Source: Vulcanimicrobiota bacterium (GTDB lineage: Bacteria > Vulcanimicrobiota > Xenobia > Xenobiales > JADMJV01). From it: DNA of 64,000 nucleotides. The position numbers and the translations under genes are program-made. The notes under the pieces were generated by a model. That model searched no databases, was not told where the DNA came from, and saw nothing but the letters and a program-made list of their open reading frames with translations. Position 1 is the stretch's first letter. Each line of letters opens with the position of its first letter. Where the stretch lies: the NCBI GenBank assembly GCA_050250895.1, contig JBFWNU010000001.1, positions 32,001 through 96,000 of the forward strand. Reading direction: 5' to 3'. Shown here piece by piece: positions 27,974 to 37,408 of this stretch.

Positions 27974-30544
27974 ATGGCTCGCAAGCAAACCGAAGAAAAG
28001 ACACAAAACAAGAACGCAAAACCACGCAAACCCAAGGCGCCCGCCAAAAAGAAGCCTGCCGCTCCCAAGCCACCCAAGCCCACCGTGATCGTCGAAGACG
28101 ACCGGACCGGGATGAGCGCCGAGGTGCTCGAGCGCGCCTTCGAAGACAACCTGCGCTATCTGCAGTGCCGCGAACTCGACACGGCCACTCCTCACGACCT
28201 GTTTCGGGCCGAGGCCTATACGGTGCGCGACCGGCTGATCCGGCGCTGGATCGACACCCAGCGGGTCTATTACGATAAGAACGTCAAGCGGGTTTATTAC
28301 CTGTCGGCCGAGTTCCTGATTGGGCGACTGTTGCGCAGTAACCTCCAGAGCCTGGGCATTCACGGCGAGATGGAGAAGGCTCTCAAAGGACTCAATGTCG
28401 ATCTGGCCGACATCGAAGAGACCGAGAACGATGCCGGCCTTGGCAACGGTGGTCTGGGACGCCTGGCGGCCTGCTTTCTCGACTCGGCGGCCACCCTCGG
28501 CCTGCCGGTGATGGGTTATGGCATCCGCTACGAGTTCGGCATCTTCCAGCAGAAAGTCGAGAACGGCTATCAGGTCGAGGCTCCCGACCACTGGCTCGAG
28601 CACGGCAATCCCTGGGAGATCGCCCGCCCGGAGTACACCGTGAAGGTTCGCTTCGGTGGCCGCACCGAGGCTTTTCTCGACAGCACCGGCGACTATCGCA
28701 TTCGCTGGGTCGACACCGATGACGTGCTCGGAGTGCCCTACGACACCCCCATCGCCGGCTACCAGAACAACACGGTCAACAATCTGCGTCTGTGGAGCGC
28801 GGCCTCTGACCACGAGTTCGATTTCAAGAAGTTCGACCAGGGCGACTATGAAGAGGCGGTTCGGGCCAAGACCGAGTCCGAGAACATCTCGAAGGTGCTC
28901 TATCCCAACGACAACTCGATGCAGGGCAAAGAGTTGCGCCTCAAGCAGCAGTATTTCTTCGTGTCTTGCTCGCTGCAAGATCTGGTGCGTCGCTATCTCA
29001 AGACCAACGATACCTTCGAGCGCTTTGCCGACAAAGTGTCCATTCAGCTCAACGACACCCACCCGGCCCTGGCGATTCCCGAACTGCTGCGCATTCTGCT
29101 CGACGAGAACCGGCTGCCCTGGGCCAACGCCTGGGAAACGGTCCAGCAGACCTTTGCCTACACCAACCACACCCTCTTGCCCGAGGCCCTCGAGCGCTGG
29201 CCGGTCAGCTTCTTCGAGCGATTGCTACCGCGCCACCTCGAGCTGATCTACGAGATCAACTCGCGCTTTCTCGACGCCGTGCGCAAACGCTACTATGGCG
29301 AACTCGACCGGCTGCGCCGCATGTCGATTGTGGAAGAGCATCCCAAGATGATCCGAATGGCCCACCTGGCTGTGGTCGGGTCGTTCTCGGTCAACGGTGT
29401 GGCCGAGTTGCACACCGAACTGCTGCGAACCCGGGTGCTCAAGGATTTCGCCGACATGTTTCCCGAGCGCTTCAACAACAAGACCAACGGAGTCACTCCC
29501 CGTCGCTGGATTCTCAGCTCGAATCCGGGATTGGCCGAGCTCTTGACCCGCACCATCGGCAAAGGCTGGGAGACCGACCTCGAGAAGCTCGAAGGCCTGG
29601 AAGAATTCGTCGAAGACAGGGCTTTCGGCAACGAGTTTCGCAAGGTCAAACTGCAGAACAAGCAGCGTCTGGCTGACTTCATCAGCCGCACCCAGGGGCT
29701 CGAGGTCAACACCGATTCGATCTTCGACGTTCAGATCAAGCGCTTCCACGAGTACAAGCGCCAACACCTGAACGTGCTGCACATCATTCATCTCTATAAT
29801 CAGCTCAAGAAGAACCCGGCTGCGGAGATCGTGCCTCGGACCTTTGTCTTCGCCGGCAAGGCGGCTCCCGGCTACTTCCTGGCCAAGCGCATCATCAAGA
29901 TGATCAATGCCGTGGCCGATGTGGTCAACAACGACCCTGACGTCGACGGACGCCTGCAGGTCGTCTTCTTGCCCAACTACAGCGTCTCGCAGGCCGAATT
30001 GTTGGTGCCAGCGGCCGACCTCTCCGAGCAGATCTCGACGGCCGGCTACGAAGCCTCGGGCACCGGCAACATGAAGTTCGCCCAGAACGGGGCTGTCACC
30101 ATCGGCACCCTCGACGGTGCCAACGTCGAAATCCGCCAGTGCGTCGGCCTCGAGAACTTCTTCTTGTTCGGCCTGACGGCCAACGAAGTGAGCGAGATGA
30201 AGGCCAGCCGCTACAACCCATATCGCGAGTACGAGAGCAATCGCGAATTACGTGAGGTCATCGACCTGTTGGCCCACAACCACTTCTCGCCCGAAGAGCC
30301 CGGCATCTTCCACCCCATCCTCGACGAGCTCCTGAGTTCGGACCGGTTCATGGTGATGGCCGACTTCGGAGCCTACGTGCGCTGTCAAGAGAAGGTCAGC
30401 AAAGCCTTCAAAGACCGCCAGGAGTGGACCCGCATGGCCATTCGCAATGTAGCTCGCACCTCGAAGTTCTCGTCGGACCGAACGATCGGCGAGTATGCCG
30501 AAGAGATTTGGGACATCGAACCGGTGCGGGTGACCACCAAGTGA
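27974..30544 (+). CDS. glgP: Glycogen/starch phosphorylase
   Basis: GLGNGGLGRLAACFLDS, KELRLKQQYF, QLNDTHP, AYTNHT, KRFHEYKRQ, EASGTGNMKF. Confidence 0.98.
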   Translation: MARKQTEEKTQNKNAKPRKPKAPAKKKPAAPKPPKPTVIVEDDRTGMSAEVLERAFEDNLRYLQCRELDTATPHDLFRAEAYTVRDRLIRRWIDTQRVYYDKNVKRVYYLSAEFLIGRLLRSNLQSLGIHGEMEKALKGLNVDLADIEETENDAGLGNGGLGRLAACFLDSAATLGLPVMGYGIRYEFGIFQQKVENGYQVEAPDHWLEHGNPWEIARPEYTVKVRFGGRTEAFLDSTGDYRIRWVDTDDVLGVPYDTPIAGYQNNTVNNLRLWSAASDHEFDFKKFDQGDYEEAVRAKTESENISKVLYPNDNSMQGKELRLKQQYFFVSCSLQDLVRRYLKTNDTFERFADKVSIQLNDTHPALAIPELLRILLDENRLPWANAWETVQQTFAYTNHTLLPEALERWPVSFFERLLPRHLELIYEINSRFLDAVRKRYYGELDRLRRMSIVEEHPKMIRMAHLAVVGSFSVNGVAELHTELLRTRVLKDFADMFPERFNNKTNGVTPRRWILSSNPGLAELLTRTIGKGWETDLEKLEGLEEFVEDRAFGNEFRKVKLQNKQRLADFISRTQGLEVNTDSIFDVQIKRFHEYKRQHLNVLHIIHLYNQLKKNPAAEIVPRTFVFAGKAAPGYFLAKRIIKMINAVADVVNNDPDVDGRLQVVFLPNYSVSQAELLVPAADLSEQISTAGYEASGTGNMKFAQNGAVTIGTLDGANVEIRQCVGLENFFLFGLTANEVSEMKASRYNPYREYESNRELREVIDLLAHNHFSPEEPGIFHPILDELLSSDRFMVMADFGAYVRCQEKVSKAFKDRQEWTRMAIRNVARTSKFSSDRTIGEYAEEIWDIEPVRVTTK

Positions 30545-31002
30545 GATGGGGGCTGCTCTGCCTGTTGCTGCTGACCCTGCCGGGCCTGGCGGGAGAGAAA
30601 GACAACCTAAAATGCGAGATCGTCTTCTCTAACCAGGTGACCTATTACGACCCCAACCTGGTCAATCAGGACCAGTATGGTCAACGTTATGCCAGGGTTT
30701 TCGGCACCTACAGGATCGGCAATCCTACCAGAAAGCGAGTCACCAAAGTCAAGCTTCGCCTCTATTTCATCTCTCCCAAGAACGAGCCGATGGAAACCCA
30801 GGAGAAGGCTTTCGCAGAACTCTGGGCTTCGCGAAAAGAGACCGGTGAGTTCAACTGGCAGAGCCAGCCCGTCTATGGAGAAATGCCAAAATACAAGGTC
30901 ATCGGCAAGCTCTCCTGGACCGACGAACGCGGCCAGGAGCACGAGATCGAGGTCGACGGCATCGAGCAAGAACCCAAAGAAGACAATCCAGTCAAATACT
31001 AG
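30541..31002 (+). CDS. Secreted hypothetical protein (beta-rich)
   Basis: GTGA overlap with glgP stop; signal peptide MRWGLLCLLLLTLPGLA. Confidence 0.65.
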   Translation: MRWGLLCLLLLTLPGLAGEKDNLKCEIVFSNQVTYYDPNLVNQDQYGQRYARVFGTYRIGNPTRKRVTKVKLRLYFISPKNEPMETQEKAFAELWASRKETGEFNWQSQPVYGEMPKYKVIGKLSWTDERGQEHEIEVDGIEQEPKEDNPVKY

Positions 31003-31076
31003 ACGGCGTTTACAAACTCTTAACAAACTTAAGGCACGCCGGAGGAGTTTGGCTTACCAAGCGGAATTTGTTAAGT

Positions 31077-31409
31077 ATGGCCATAGAAGTTCTTCCTTCA
31101 ATTTACGAGGACCAGGAAGAAGCAGCTAAAACTAAGACGATGCCTTTGTGGAACGTTGTCCTGTTGGACGACAACGACCACACCTATGAGTATGTCATCG
31201 AGATGCTGCATCGGCTTTTCGGGCATCCTGTCCCCGATTGCTATCTGATGGCCCGAGAGGTTGACACGGCCGGGCGCGTGATTGTCTTATCGACGCATCG
31301 CGAACGGGCCGAGTTAGAAAGGGATCGAATTCATGCCTATGGCGCCGATCCCCGGCTAGAGCGATGCAAAGGCTCGATGTCCGCTATCATTGAGCCGGCT
31401 TTCGGCTAA
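31077..31409 (+). CDS. clpS: ATP-dependent Clp protease adaptor ClpS
   Basis: WNVVLLDDNDHTYEYVIEMLHRLF, EVDTAGR. Confidence 0.9.
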   Translation: MAIEVLPSIYEDQEEAAKTKTMPLWNVVLLDDNDHTYEYVIEMLHRLFGHPVPDCYLMAREVDTAGRVIVLSTHRERAELERDRIHAYGADPRLERCKGSMSAIIEPAFG

Positions 31410-31420
31410 GGAGGAGAAAC

Positions 31421-31903
31421 GTGCCCCACTATCCCTGCCGTCAGTGCGAGGCCCTCTACGACCCGGTCACCAACGTGGCGTGTCCGAGCTGTGGTGAAAA
31501 ACATCCTCTGAACTGCTCGAAGTGCGACAAGCAAATCAATCATCACGACATTTTCGGGATCGAGAAGCTGAAGACCAAAAAGCCGCTTCTGTGTGCCGAC
31601 TGCGGCTTTGCCAACGAGGTGGTCAAGTGTCCCATCTGCAAACTCCACCTCGTGCGATCCAAGGGCTTTTCACCCAGTTCGTCTCCCAACGCCAAAGTCT
31701 ATCATCGGCCCTGCTACGAAAAGCGTCTCGAGACGATCACCTTCGCCAAGAAGTGGGCCGGCCCATCGGTGGCGGCCCTGGGCCTGATCGGCGGCTTTGT
31801 CGCCTATGGCTTCTCTATCAAAGGTCTGCTGGCCTCGCTGGGCACTGGCGCCGTGCTCTTTGCCGCGGTCATGATGCTGGCCGAGGTCATCAAGCCCCGC
31901 TAA
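31421..31903 (+). CDS. Multi-CxxC zinc-finger membrane protein of unknown function
   Basis: CRQC, CPSC, CSKC, CADC, CPIC, HRPC, then two TM helices; AAGGAGG SD. Confidence 0.75.
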   Translation: MPHYPCRQCEALYDPVTNVACPSCGEKHPLNCSKCDKQINHHDIFGIEKLKTKKPLLCADCGFANEVVKCPICKLHLVRSKGFSPSSSPNAKVYHRPCYEKRLETITFAKKWAGPSVAALGLIGGFVAYGFSIKGLLASLGTGAVLFAAVMMLAEVIKPR

Positions 31904-31950
31904 TCAGACGGTAGTCTTCAGACGGTAGCAGTGGTTGAACTGGCCGGGGG

Positions 31951-32760
31951 TGCTCCCTGCTTTTGTGGGAGCAACGGCCCAGGCCCGGTTGGAAGCGAGC
32001 GTGCTCCGGGGTTTTGCGGGAGCACGATCCGGGATTTCGTGGGAGCACAGCCCGAGGCCCGGCTGGAGGCGGCGTGCTCCAGGTTTTCGTGGGAGCGTGA
32101 TCCGGGATTTCGTGGGAGCACAGCCCGAGGCCCGGCTGGAGGCGGCGTGCTCCGAGTTTTTGTGGGAGCATGATCCGGGTTTTCGTGGGAGCAACCCGCC
32201 AGGCGCGGCCAGCCGCGGCATGATCCGGGATTTCGTGGGAGCATGCTCCGGGATTTCGTGGGAGCACAGCCCGAGGCCCGGCTGGAGGCGGCGTGCTCCG
32301 AGTTTTCGTGGGAGCATGATCCGGGATTTCGTGGGAGCAGTCCGCCAGGCCCGGCCAGCGGCGGCGTGCTCCGGGATTTCGTGGGAGCAACCCGCCAGGC
32401 CCGGCCAGCCGCGGCGTGCTCCGGGGCTTCGTGGGAGCACAGCCCGAGGCCCGGCTGGAGGCGGCGTGCTCCGAGTTTTCGTGGGAGCGTGATCCGGGAT
32501 TTCGTGGGAGCACAGCCCGAGGCCCGGCTGGAGGCGGCGTGCTCCGAGTTTTCGTGGGAGCATGATCCGGGATTTCGTGGGAGCAACCCGCCAGGCCCGG
32601 CCAGTCGCGGCGTGCTCCGGGATTTCGTGGGAGCAACCCGCCAGGCCCGGCCAGCCCCGGCGTGCTCCTGGGCTTCGTGGGAGCAACCCGCCAGGCCCGG
32701 CCAGCCGCGGCGTGCTCCGGGATTTCGTGGGAGCAACCCGCCAGGCCCGGCGGACAGGCC
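31951..32760. repeat. REP/BIME-like mosaic array: 20 copies of a 23-bp palindromic unit with two recurring 27-bp linkers
   Basis: Unit TG(C/A)TCCGGGATTTCGTGGGAGCA; linker A CAGCCCGAGGCCCGGCTGGAGGCGGCG, linker B ACCCGCCAGGCCCGGCCAGCCGCGGCG, or no linker. Confidence 0.95.
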
Positions 32761-32786
32761 AGGCGACTTCCGCGCGGAAGTCGCCT
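32761..32786. terminator. Perfect GC-rich hairpin at glmM 3' end
   Basis: AGGCGACTTCC-GCGC-GGAAGTCGCCT overlapping the glmM stop; no U tract. Confidence 0.5.
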
Positions 32787-34122
32787 AGCTCAGGCGGTCG
32801 CGGAGTAGGCTGGCGAGCTCGTCGAGCACGCTGTCGAGTTCGGACTGGTCTGACCCTTCGACCATCACGCGGACCAGGGGCTCCGTGCCGGAAGGGCGCA
32901 CCAGGATGCGGCCGCGTGACTCGAGACGCTTTTCCATGGCCTCGATGCCGGCCTGAATCTCGGCGTCAGAGAAGAGGAGTTCTTTGTTGCGAGCGGGCAC
33001 GTTGACCAGCTTTTGGGGCAGGCGCTGCATGTCTTGAGCCAGGGCCGATAGAGCCAGCCCGCTCTCTACGAGCACACCGGCCAGGGTCAGGCCGGTAAGG
33101 ATGCCGTCGCCGCTGGTGCTGCGGTCTAAGAGCAGGATGTGGCCTGACTGCTCGCCGCCCAGCACGGCTCCGGCCTTCTGCATCTCTTCAAGCACGTAAC
33201 GGTCGCCAACCTGGGCCCGAACGAGTTCGATGCCCAGTTGGCGCAGGGCCAGTTCCAGGCCGAGGTTGCTCATCACCGTGGCCACCACCAGGTTGGCGGC
33301 CAGCTTGTTCTGGCGCTTGAGCCAGCTGGCTAGAATCAGCATGATGTGGTCGCCGTCAATCTCTTGACCCTGCTCATCGACGGCCAGGCAACGGTCGGCG
33401 TCGCCGTCAAAAGCCAGCCCCAGCGCGGCTCCCTGGCGCACCACCGCCTCGGCCATCTGAGTGAGGTCGGTCGAGCCGCACTTGACGTTGATGAGGTTGC
33501 CGTCGGCCTGGCTGCTGAGCAAGACGACCTCGGCGCCCAGGGCCGCGAACACTTCGGCGGCGTGGCCACAGGCGGCCCCATGGGCGCAGTCGAGGACCAG
33601 TTTGAGGCCCTCGAGCCGTTGGCCTTTCTGGCCGAGATAGTCGCGATAGATCTGGGCCACGTTGTCGGAGGGAAGAACCTGGCCGATGTCGGCTCCGGTA
33701 GGTCGCGGCAACTCGGCCGTCCGGGCGATGAGCTTCTCGAACTCGCGGCACTGGGCGTCGTCGAGCTTGTAGCCGTCAGCACGAAAGAGCTTGATACCGT
33801 TGTCGGCGATGGGGTTGTGGCTGGCCGAGAGCACGGCCCCGCCCTGGCACTCTAGCACTTGCACCAGGTGAGCCACGCCGGGGGTAGGGATGATGCCGGC
33901 CAGGATCAAGTCGGCACCTGAGGAGGTGGCGCCGGCCACATAGGCGGCCTCGAGCATGGGTCCGCTCAGGCGCGAGTCGCGGCCCACCACGACGGTGGGT
34001 CGGCGGTCGTGCTGCTGCCGGAGAAAATAACCGTGGGCCCGCCCGATGGCAAAGACCGTCTCGGGGGTCAGTTCCTGGTTGGCTACGCCGCGGACGCCGT
34101 CGGTACCGAAAAGCTTGCTCAT
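32785..34122 (-). CDS. glmM: Phosphoglucosamine mutase
   Basis: LFGTDGVRG, SASHNP, FDGDADR, GGEQSGH, VRPSGTEP. Confidence 0.97.
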   Translation of the reverse strand: MSKLFGTDGVRGVANQELTPETVFAIGRAHGYFLRQQHDRRPTVVVGRDSRLSGPMLEAAYVAGATSSGADLILAGIIPTPGVAHLVQVLECQGGAVLSASHNPIADNGIKLFRADGYKLDDAQCREFEKLIARTAELPRPTGADIGQVLPSDNVAQIYRDYLGQKGQRLEGLKLVLDCAHGAACGHAAEVFAALGAEVVLLSSQADGNLINVKCGSTDLTQMAEAVVRQGAALGLAFDGDADRCLAVDEQGQEIDGDHIMLILASWLKRQNKLAANLVVATVMSNLGLELALRQLGIELVRAQVGDRYVLEEMQKAGAVLGGEQSGHILLLDRSTSGDGILTGLTLAGVLVESGLALSALAQDMQRLPQKLVNVPARNKELLFSDAEIQAGIEAMEKRLESRGRILVRPSGTEPLVRVMVEGSDQSELDSVLDELASLLRDRLS

Positions 34123-34149
34123 GGCGGGCCTTTTCGCCTTCGAGGGGCG

Positions 34150-35136
34150 CTACCCTCCGGCCGATGGGCTGGCCTCGGTGCCAACCTCGGACGGCACTTC
34201 CTTCTTCTCGGGGGTAACCCGCACCCGCACCCGGGTGGCGCTCACCAGGGTCACGCCTTTGGGCGGCAGCAGGGCCACCTCTTGCTCGATCACGCTGGTG
34301 GGCGCGCCAAAGTCGACGGCCTCGGTCTTGATCACGGTGGGGGGCGAGAGCCCCTGGGCTACGCGGATGGTCACCACGCTGGGGTCAGCCCGCATACTGT
34401 AACGGTACCCCTCGCGAATGGCTACTCGCGCGTTCTCGAGAGCCACCGGCACTCCCATCAGAGTTCCTTTGGATTCGATGGGCACCGTGGCCGCCACCCG
34501 CTTGGGAGCCACCCTGACCTGGTAGTTGTTGCCGGCTACCGGCGTGCCGTTTTCGCTCACCGGAACCAGCCCGGTGACGTCGGCCGTGAAGGTTCGGCTC
34601 TGGCCGTCGAGCAAGATGCGCCCGCGCACCCGTGCCACCTCGTTGACCAGCGCTTCGGGACCCTGGATCTTGACCCGGTCGGGATCGACCGAGACGTCTC
34701 CGGTGGACATCCCTTCGGCCGGGTTGCCACCCACCTTGACCTCGACGGGCACTTCCTTGGCCAGCAGAGGAGAAATCTTGACATTGACCGAGCGAGGCTC
34801 CTGATCGACCAGGCGCACCTCGGGAGGATAGAGCACCTTCACTTCCGGCCAGTGACTGCCGGCGGTCATACCGTTGAGGTCGACGTAGGCGCGCACCAGA
34901 CCTTCGCGCAACTGCTTGACCACCCGCGACTCACCTTCGAGGGTCACGTCCACCGTCTCGGCCGAATACTCATAGGGAATCAGGTTGGGAGCGTTGCCCT
35001 GGCGCTCGAGGGGCAAAGTGAGCGTGATCTGGGCCAGCACCTCGCGCCCGGCCGGGCTGTTGGTGACGCGGACGTAGGCCCACAGCACGATGGCGATGAC
35101 GAGAGCGAGAACGCGTAGTCCGAGGTTCTCTTTCAT
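34150..35136 (-). CDS. cdaR: CdaR/YbbR-like regulator of diadenylate cyclase
   Basis: N-terminal TM (LRVLALVIAIVLWAYV), YbbR-type repeats, lies between cdaA and glmM. Confidence 0.88.
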   Translation of the reverse strand: MKENLGLRVLALVIAIVLWAYVRVTNSPAGREVLAQITLTLPLERQGNAPNLIPYEYSAETVDVTLEGESRVVKQLREGLVRAYVDLNGMTAGSHWPEVKVLYPPEVRLVDQEPRSVNVKISPLLAKEVPVEVKVGGNPAEGMSTGDVSVDPDRVKIQGPEALVNEVARVRGRILLDGQSRTFTADVTGLVPVSENGTPVAGNNYQVRVAPKRVAATVPIESKGTLMGVPVALENARVAIREGYRYSMRADPSVVTIRVAQGLSPPTVIKTEAVDFGAPTSVIEQEVALLPPKGVTLVSATRVRVRVTPEKKEVPSEVGTEASPSAGG

Positions 35137-35921
35137 TTCTTAGGCTCGCTCACCAGATACTTGCCCAACTGCTTCTTGACTTCTCCTTCATCGACCAGCG
35201 GGCGCGAAAAGGCGCCGTCGTGGGCCAGACGCACCTCGCCCGACTCTTCCGAGACCACCACCACTACGCAATCAGACTGCTCGGAAACACCCAGCGCGGC
35301 CCGGTGGCGGGTGCCGAACTTGGCGTCGATGGTCTGGGCCGAAAGAGCCAGATAGCAGCCGCCGGCCACGATGCGGTTACCGCGCACGATGACCGCTCCG
35401 TCGTGGAGAGGGGTCTTGGGATGAAACAGCGAGATCAACAACTTGCCCGAGACTAAACCTTCGATACGCTGACCGGTTTCGATAAAGTCCTCGAGACCGG
35501 CTTCGCGTTCGAGCACGATCAGAGCTCCGTGGCGCAGGCTCGCCAGCGAAGAGGCGGCATAGGCCAGGTCATCGAGCAAAGTCGCCAACTCTTGCCGGTC
35601 CATCTTGCCAAGACCCGCGGCCGGAAGCATGCCTTGCTGTCCCAGACGCATCAGGGCGCGGCGCAACTCGGGCTGGAAGACGATGGGAACGAGCACCGCC
35701 AGGGAAACCAGGAACCAGTTGAGCAGCCAGCTGAGGGTCTGCAGCCGGCCAGCGTGCGCCACCAGCAGCAACAGAAGGATGACGCCGACTCCCTGGATGA
35801 TCTGGACGGCGCGGGTGCGTTGGATGGCCAGGAGCACGAAATACAGACACAGAGCAACCAATAACACGTCGAAGAAATCGGTTAGCTCGACCTGATTCAG
35901 GAATTGCAGCAGAAATTCCAA
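35133..35921 (-). CDS. cdaA: Diadenylate cyclase CdaA
   Basis: Three TM helices, IVFQPELRRAL, PLHDGAVI, GTRHRAA, VSEE. Confidence 0.95.
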   Translation of the reverse strand: MEFLLQFLNQVELTDFFDVLLVALCLYFVLLAIQRTRAVQIIQGVGVILLLLLVAHAGRLQTLSWLLNWFLVSLAVLVPIVFQPELRRALMRLGQQGMLPAAGLGKMDRQELATLLDDLAYAASSLASLRHGALIVLEREAGLEDFIETGQRIEGLVSGKLLISLFHPKTPLHDGAVIVRGNRIVAGGCYLALSAQTIDAKFGTRHRAALGVSEQSDCVVVVVSEESGEVRLAHDGAFSRPLVDEGEVKKQLGKYLVSEPKK

Positions 35922-36004
35922 TAAAAATAACGCTCCGGCGCCAGCGTTGCCCGACGGTGCGGGCTACTGGTGGGTTTCCACCCGCTCCAGCTCATCCCTC
36001 CCTC

Positions 36005-36033
36005 TTTACAAAAGGTGCCCAGGTCGTTATCAT
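36005..36033 (+). promoter_or_regulatory. sigma70 promoter of speD operon
   Basis: TTTACA-17 nt-TATCAT. Confidence 0.6.
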
Positions 36034-36108
36034 AGCGGTCTGTAAACGGGTGCCGGGCACCTGAAATTTGGAGGTGGGAAGTTTTCCCAAGGTAGAAAGG
36101 AGCGCGCT

Positions 36109-36528
36109 GTGAAAGCTCTGGGTTGTCATATCGTGGCCGAACTCTCGCATTGTGATGGCGAGTTACTCACCTGTCTCGAGACGGTGCAAAATGCCATGGT
36201 ACGGGCCGCGGAACTAGCCAAGGCCGAGATTAGAGAAGTTGCTTTTCATCGATTTGTGCCCCACGGGGTTAGTGGCGTGGTGGTCATCTCTGAATCTCAT
36301 CTGTCGATTCATACCTGGCCTGAACTCGGTTACGCAGCCATCGACATCTACACTTGCGGGACTTCCGCCGACCCCTGGCTGGCTCTTCAATATCTGGCCG
36401 AGCAGTTTCGCAGCCAGACCCTTACCACTTCGGTGATCGAGCGAGGCTCGCTGACTCCGTCAGGCGCCTTTTCTCATGTGGTGACCGCCCCACGAGAGGA
36501 CGACTCGATTGCCGCAAGAAGCGCCTGA
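36109..36528 (+). CDS. speD: S-adenosylmethionine decarboxylase proenzyme (SpeH-type)
   Basis: GVSGVVVISESHLSIHTWPELGYAAIDIYTCG. Confidence 0.95.
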   Translation: MKALGCHIVAELSHCDGELLTCLETVQNAMVRAAELAKAEIREVAFHRFVPHGVSGVVVISESHLSIHTWPELGYAAIDIYTCGTSADPWLALQYLAEQFRSQTLTTSVIERGSLTPSGAFSHVVTAPREDDSIAARSA

Positions 36529-37408
36529 GAAGACACGCCGCAACAAGATCACCTCGTGGCTTTTCGAGCGCATCGGCCGCAGCGTGATGACGGCCTACGG
36601 CACGACCCGCACCCTGTATCGCGGTCGTAGTCGATTTCAAACCATCGAACTGGCGGAAAACCCCGACCTGGGCAAGCTGCTGCTGCTCGACAACGAACTG
36701 CAGTCGGCCTCGAGCGATGAGTTTATCTATCACGAAACCCTGGTCCATCCGGCCATGCTGGCCCATCCAAATCCTCGCCGGGTGGTGATTCTGGGCGGCG
36801 GCGAGGGGGCGACCCTACGCGAGGTGCTCAAACACCCCACCGTCGAGCAGGCCGTCATGATCGACATCGATCGCGAAGTGGTCGAGGCCTGCCGCCGTTT
36901 CCTGCCCGAGCAGTCGGCCGGCGCTTTTGACGACCCGAGAGCCGAACTGATCTTCGGCGATGCCCGCGAATGGGTCGAGCGCACCAACCAACCGATCGAT
37001 GTCATCATCTCGGACCTGACCGAGCCCAAGCTCAGCGAACTCTCGGCCTCGCTGTTCTCCAAGAGGTTCTTCGACCTGCTCAGCCGGCGGCTTGATCCAG
37101 AGGGCATCCTCAGCCTGCAAGCCTCTCACGGCTCTCCTCAGAAGCTCGACCGCCACAAGGCTATCCGCGGCAACCTGCTCACCGCCTTTGAACGCGTCCG
37201 CACGTTGCTGTGCACCATCCCGTCCTTCCATTGCCTGTGGTGCTTTGCCACCGCCTCGCAGCGCTGGGACCCGGGCCTTCTCGACAGCAGGGAGATTGAC
37301 CGCCGCATCCAAGCCCGCCAGGTAGAAGGATTGCGGTTCTACGACGGTCAAACTCACCAGCGGTTAGTGTCATTGCCGCACAATTTTCGCACCGCACTGA
37401 GGTCATGA
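36509..37408 (+). CDS. speE: Polyamine aminopropyltransferase (GGGEG type)
   Basis: SRFQTIEL, DEFIYHETLVHPAM, ILGGGEGATLREVL, DID, SDLTEP. Confidence 0.92.
   Translation: MPQEAPEKTRRNKITSWLFERIGRSVMTAYGTTRTLYRGRSRFQTIELAENPDLGKLLLLDNELQSASSDEFIYHETLVHPAMLAHPNPRRVVILGGGEGATLREVLKHPTVEQAVMIDIDREVVEACRRFLPEQSAGAFDDPRAELIFGDAREWVERTNQPIDVIISDLTEPKLSELSASLFSKRFFDLLSRRLDPEGILSLQASHGSPQKLDRHKAIRGNLLTAFERVRTLLCTIPSFHCLWCFATASQRWDPGLLDSREIDRRIQARQVEGLRFYDGQTHQRLVSLPHNFRTALRS

Noticed and set aside
31951-32760. CRISPR array
   Set aside because: Intervening sequences fall into two recurring classes or are absent, repeats vary internally, and no cas genes or AT-rich leader are present
31890-32788. Long repetitive ORFs (180-272 aa) in several frames over the array
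   Set aside because: Open frames on both strands arise from a stop-poor GC-rich repeat; unit lengths of 23 and 50 bp are not multiples of three
36034-36108. Riboswitch in the speD leader
   Set aside because: Only two short hairpins in about 70 nt; no SAM or other aptamer consensus recognised
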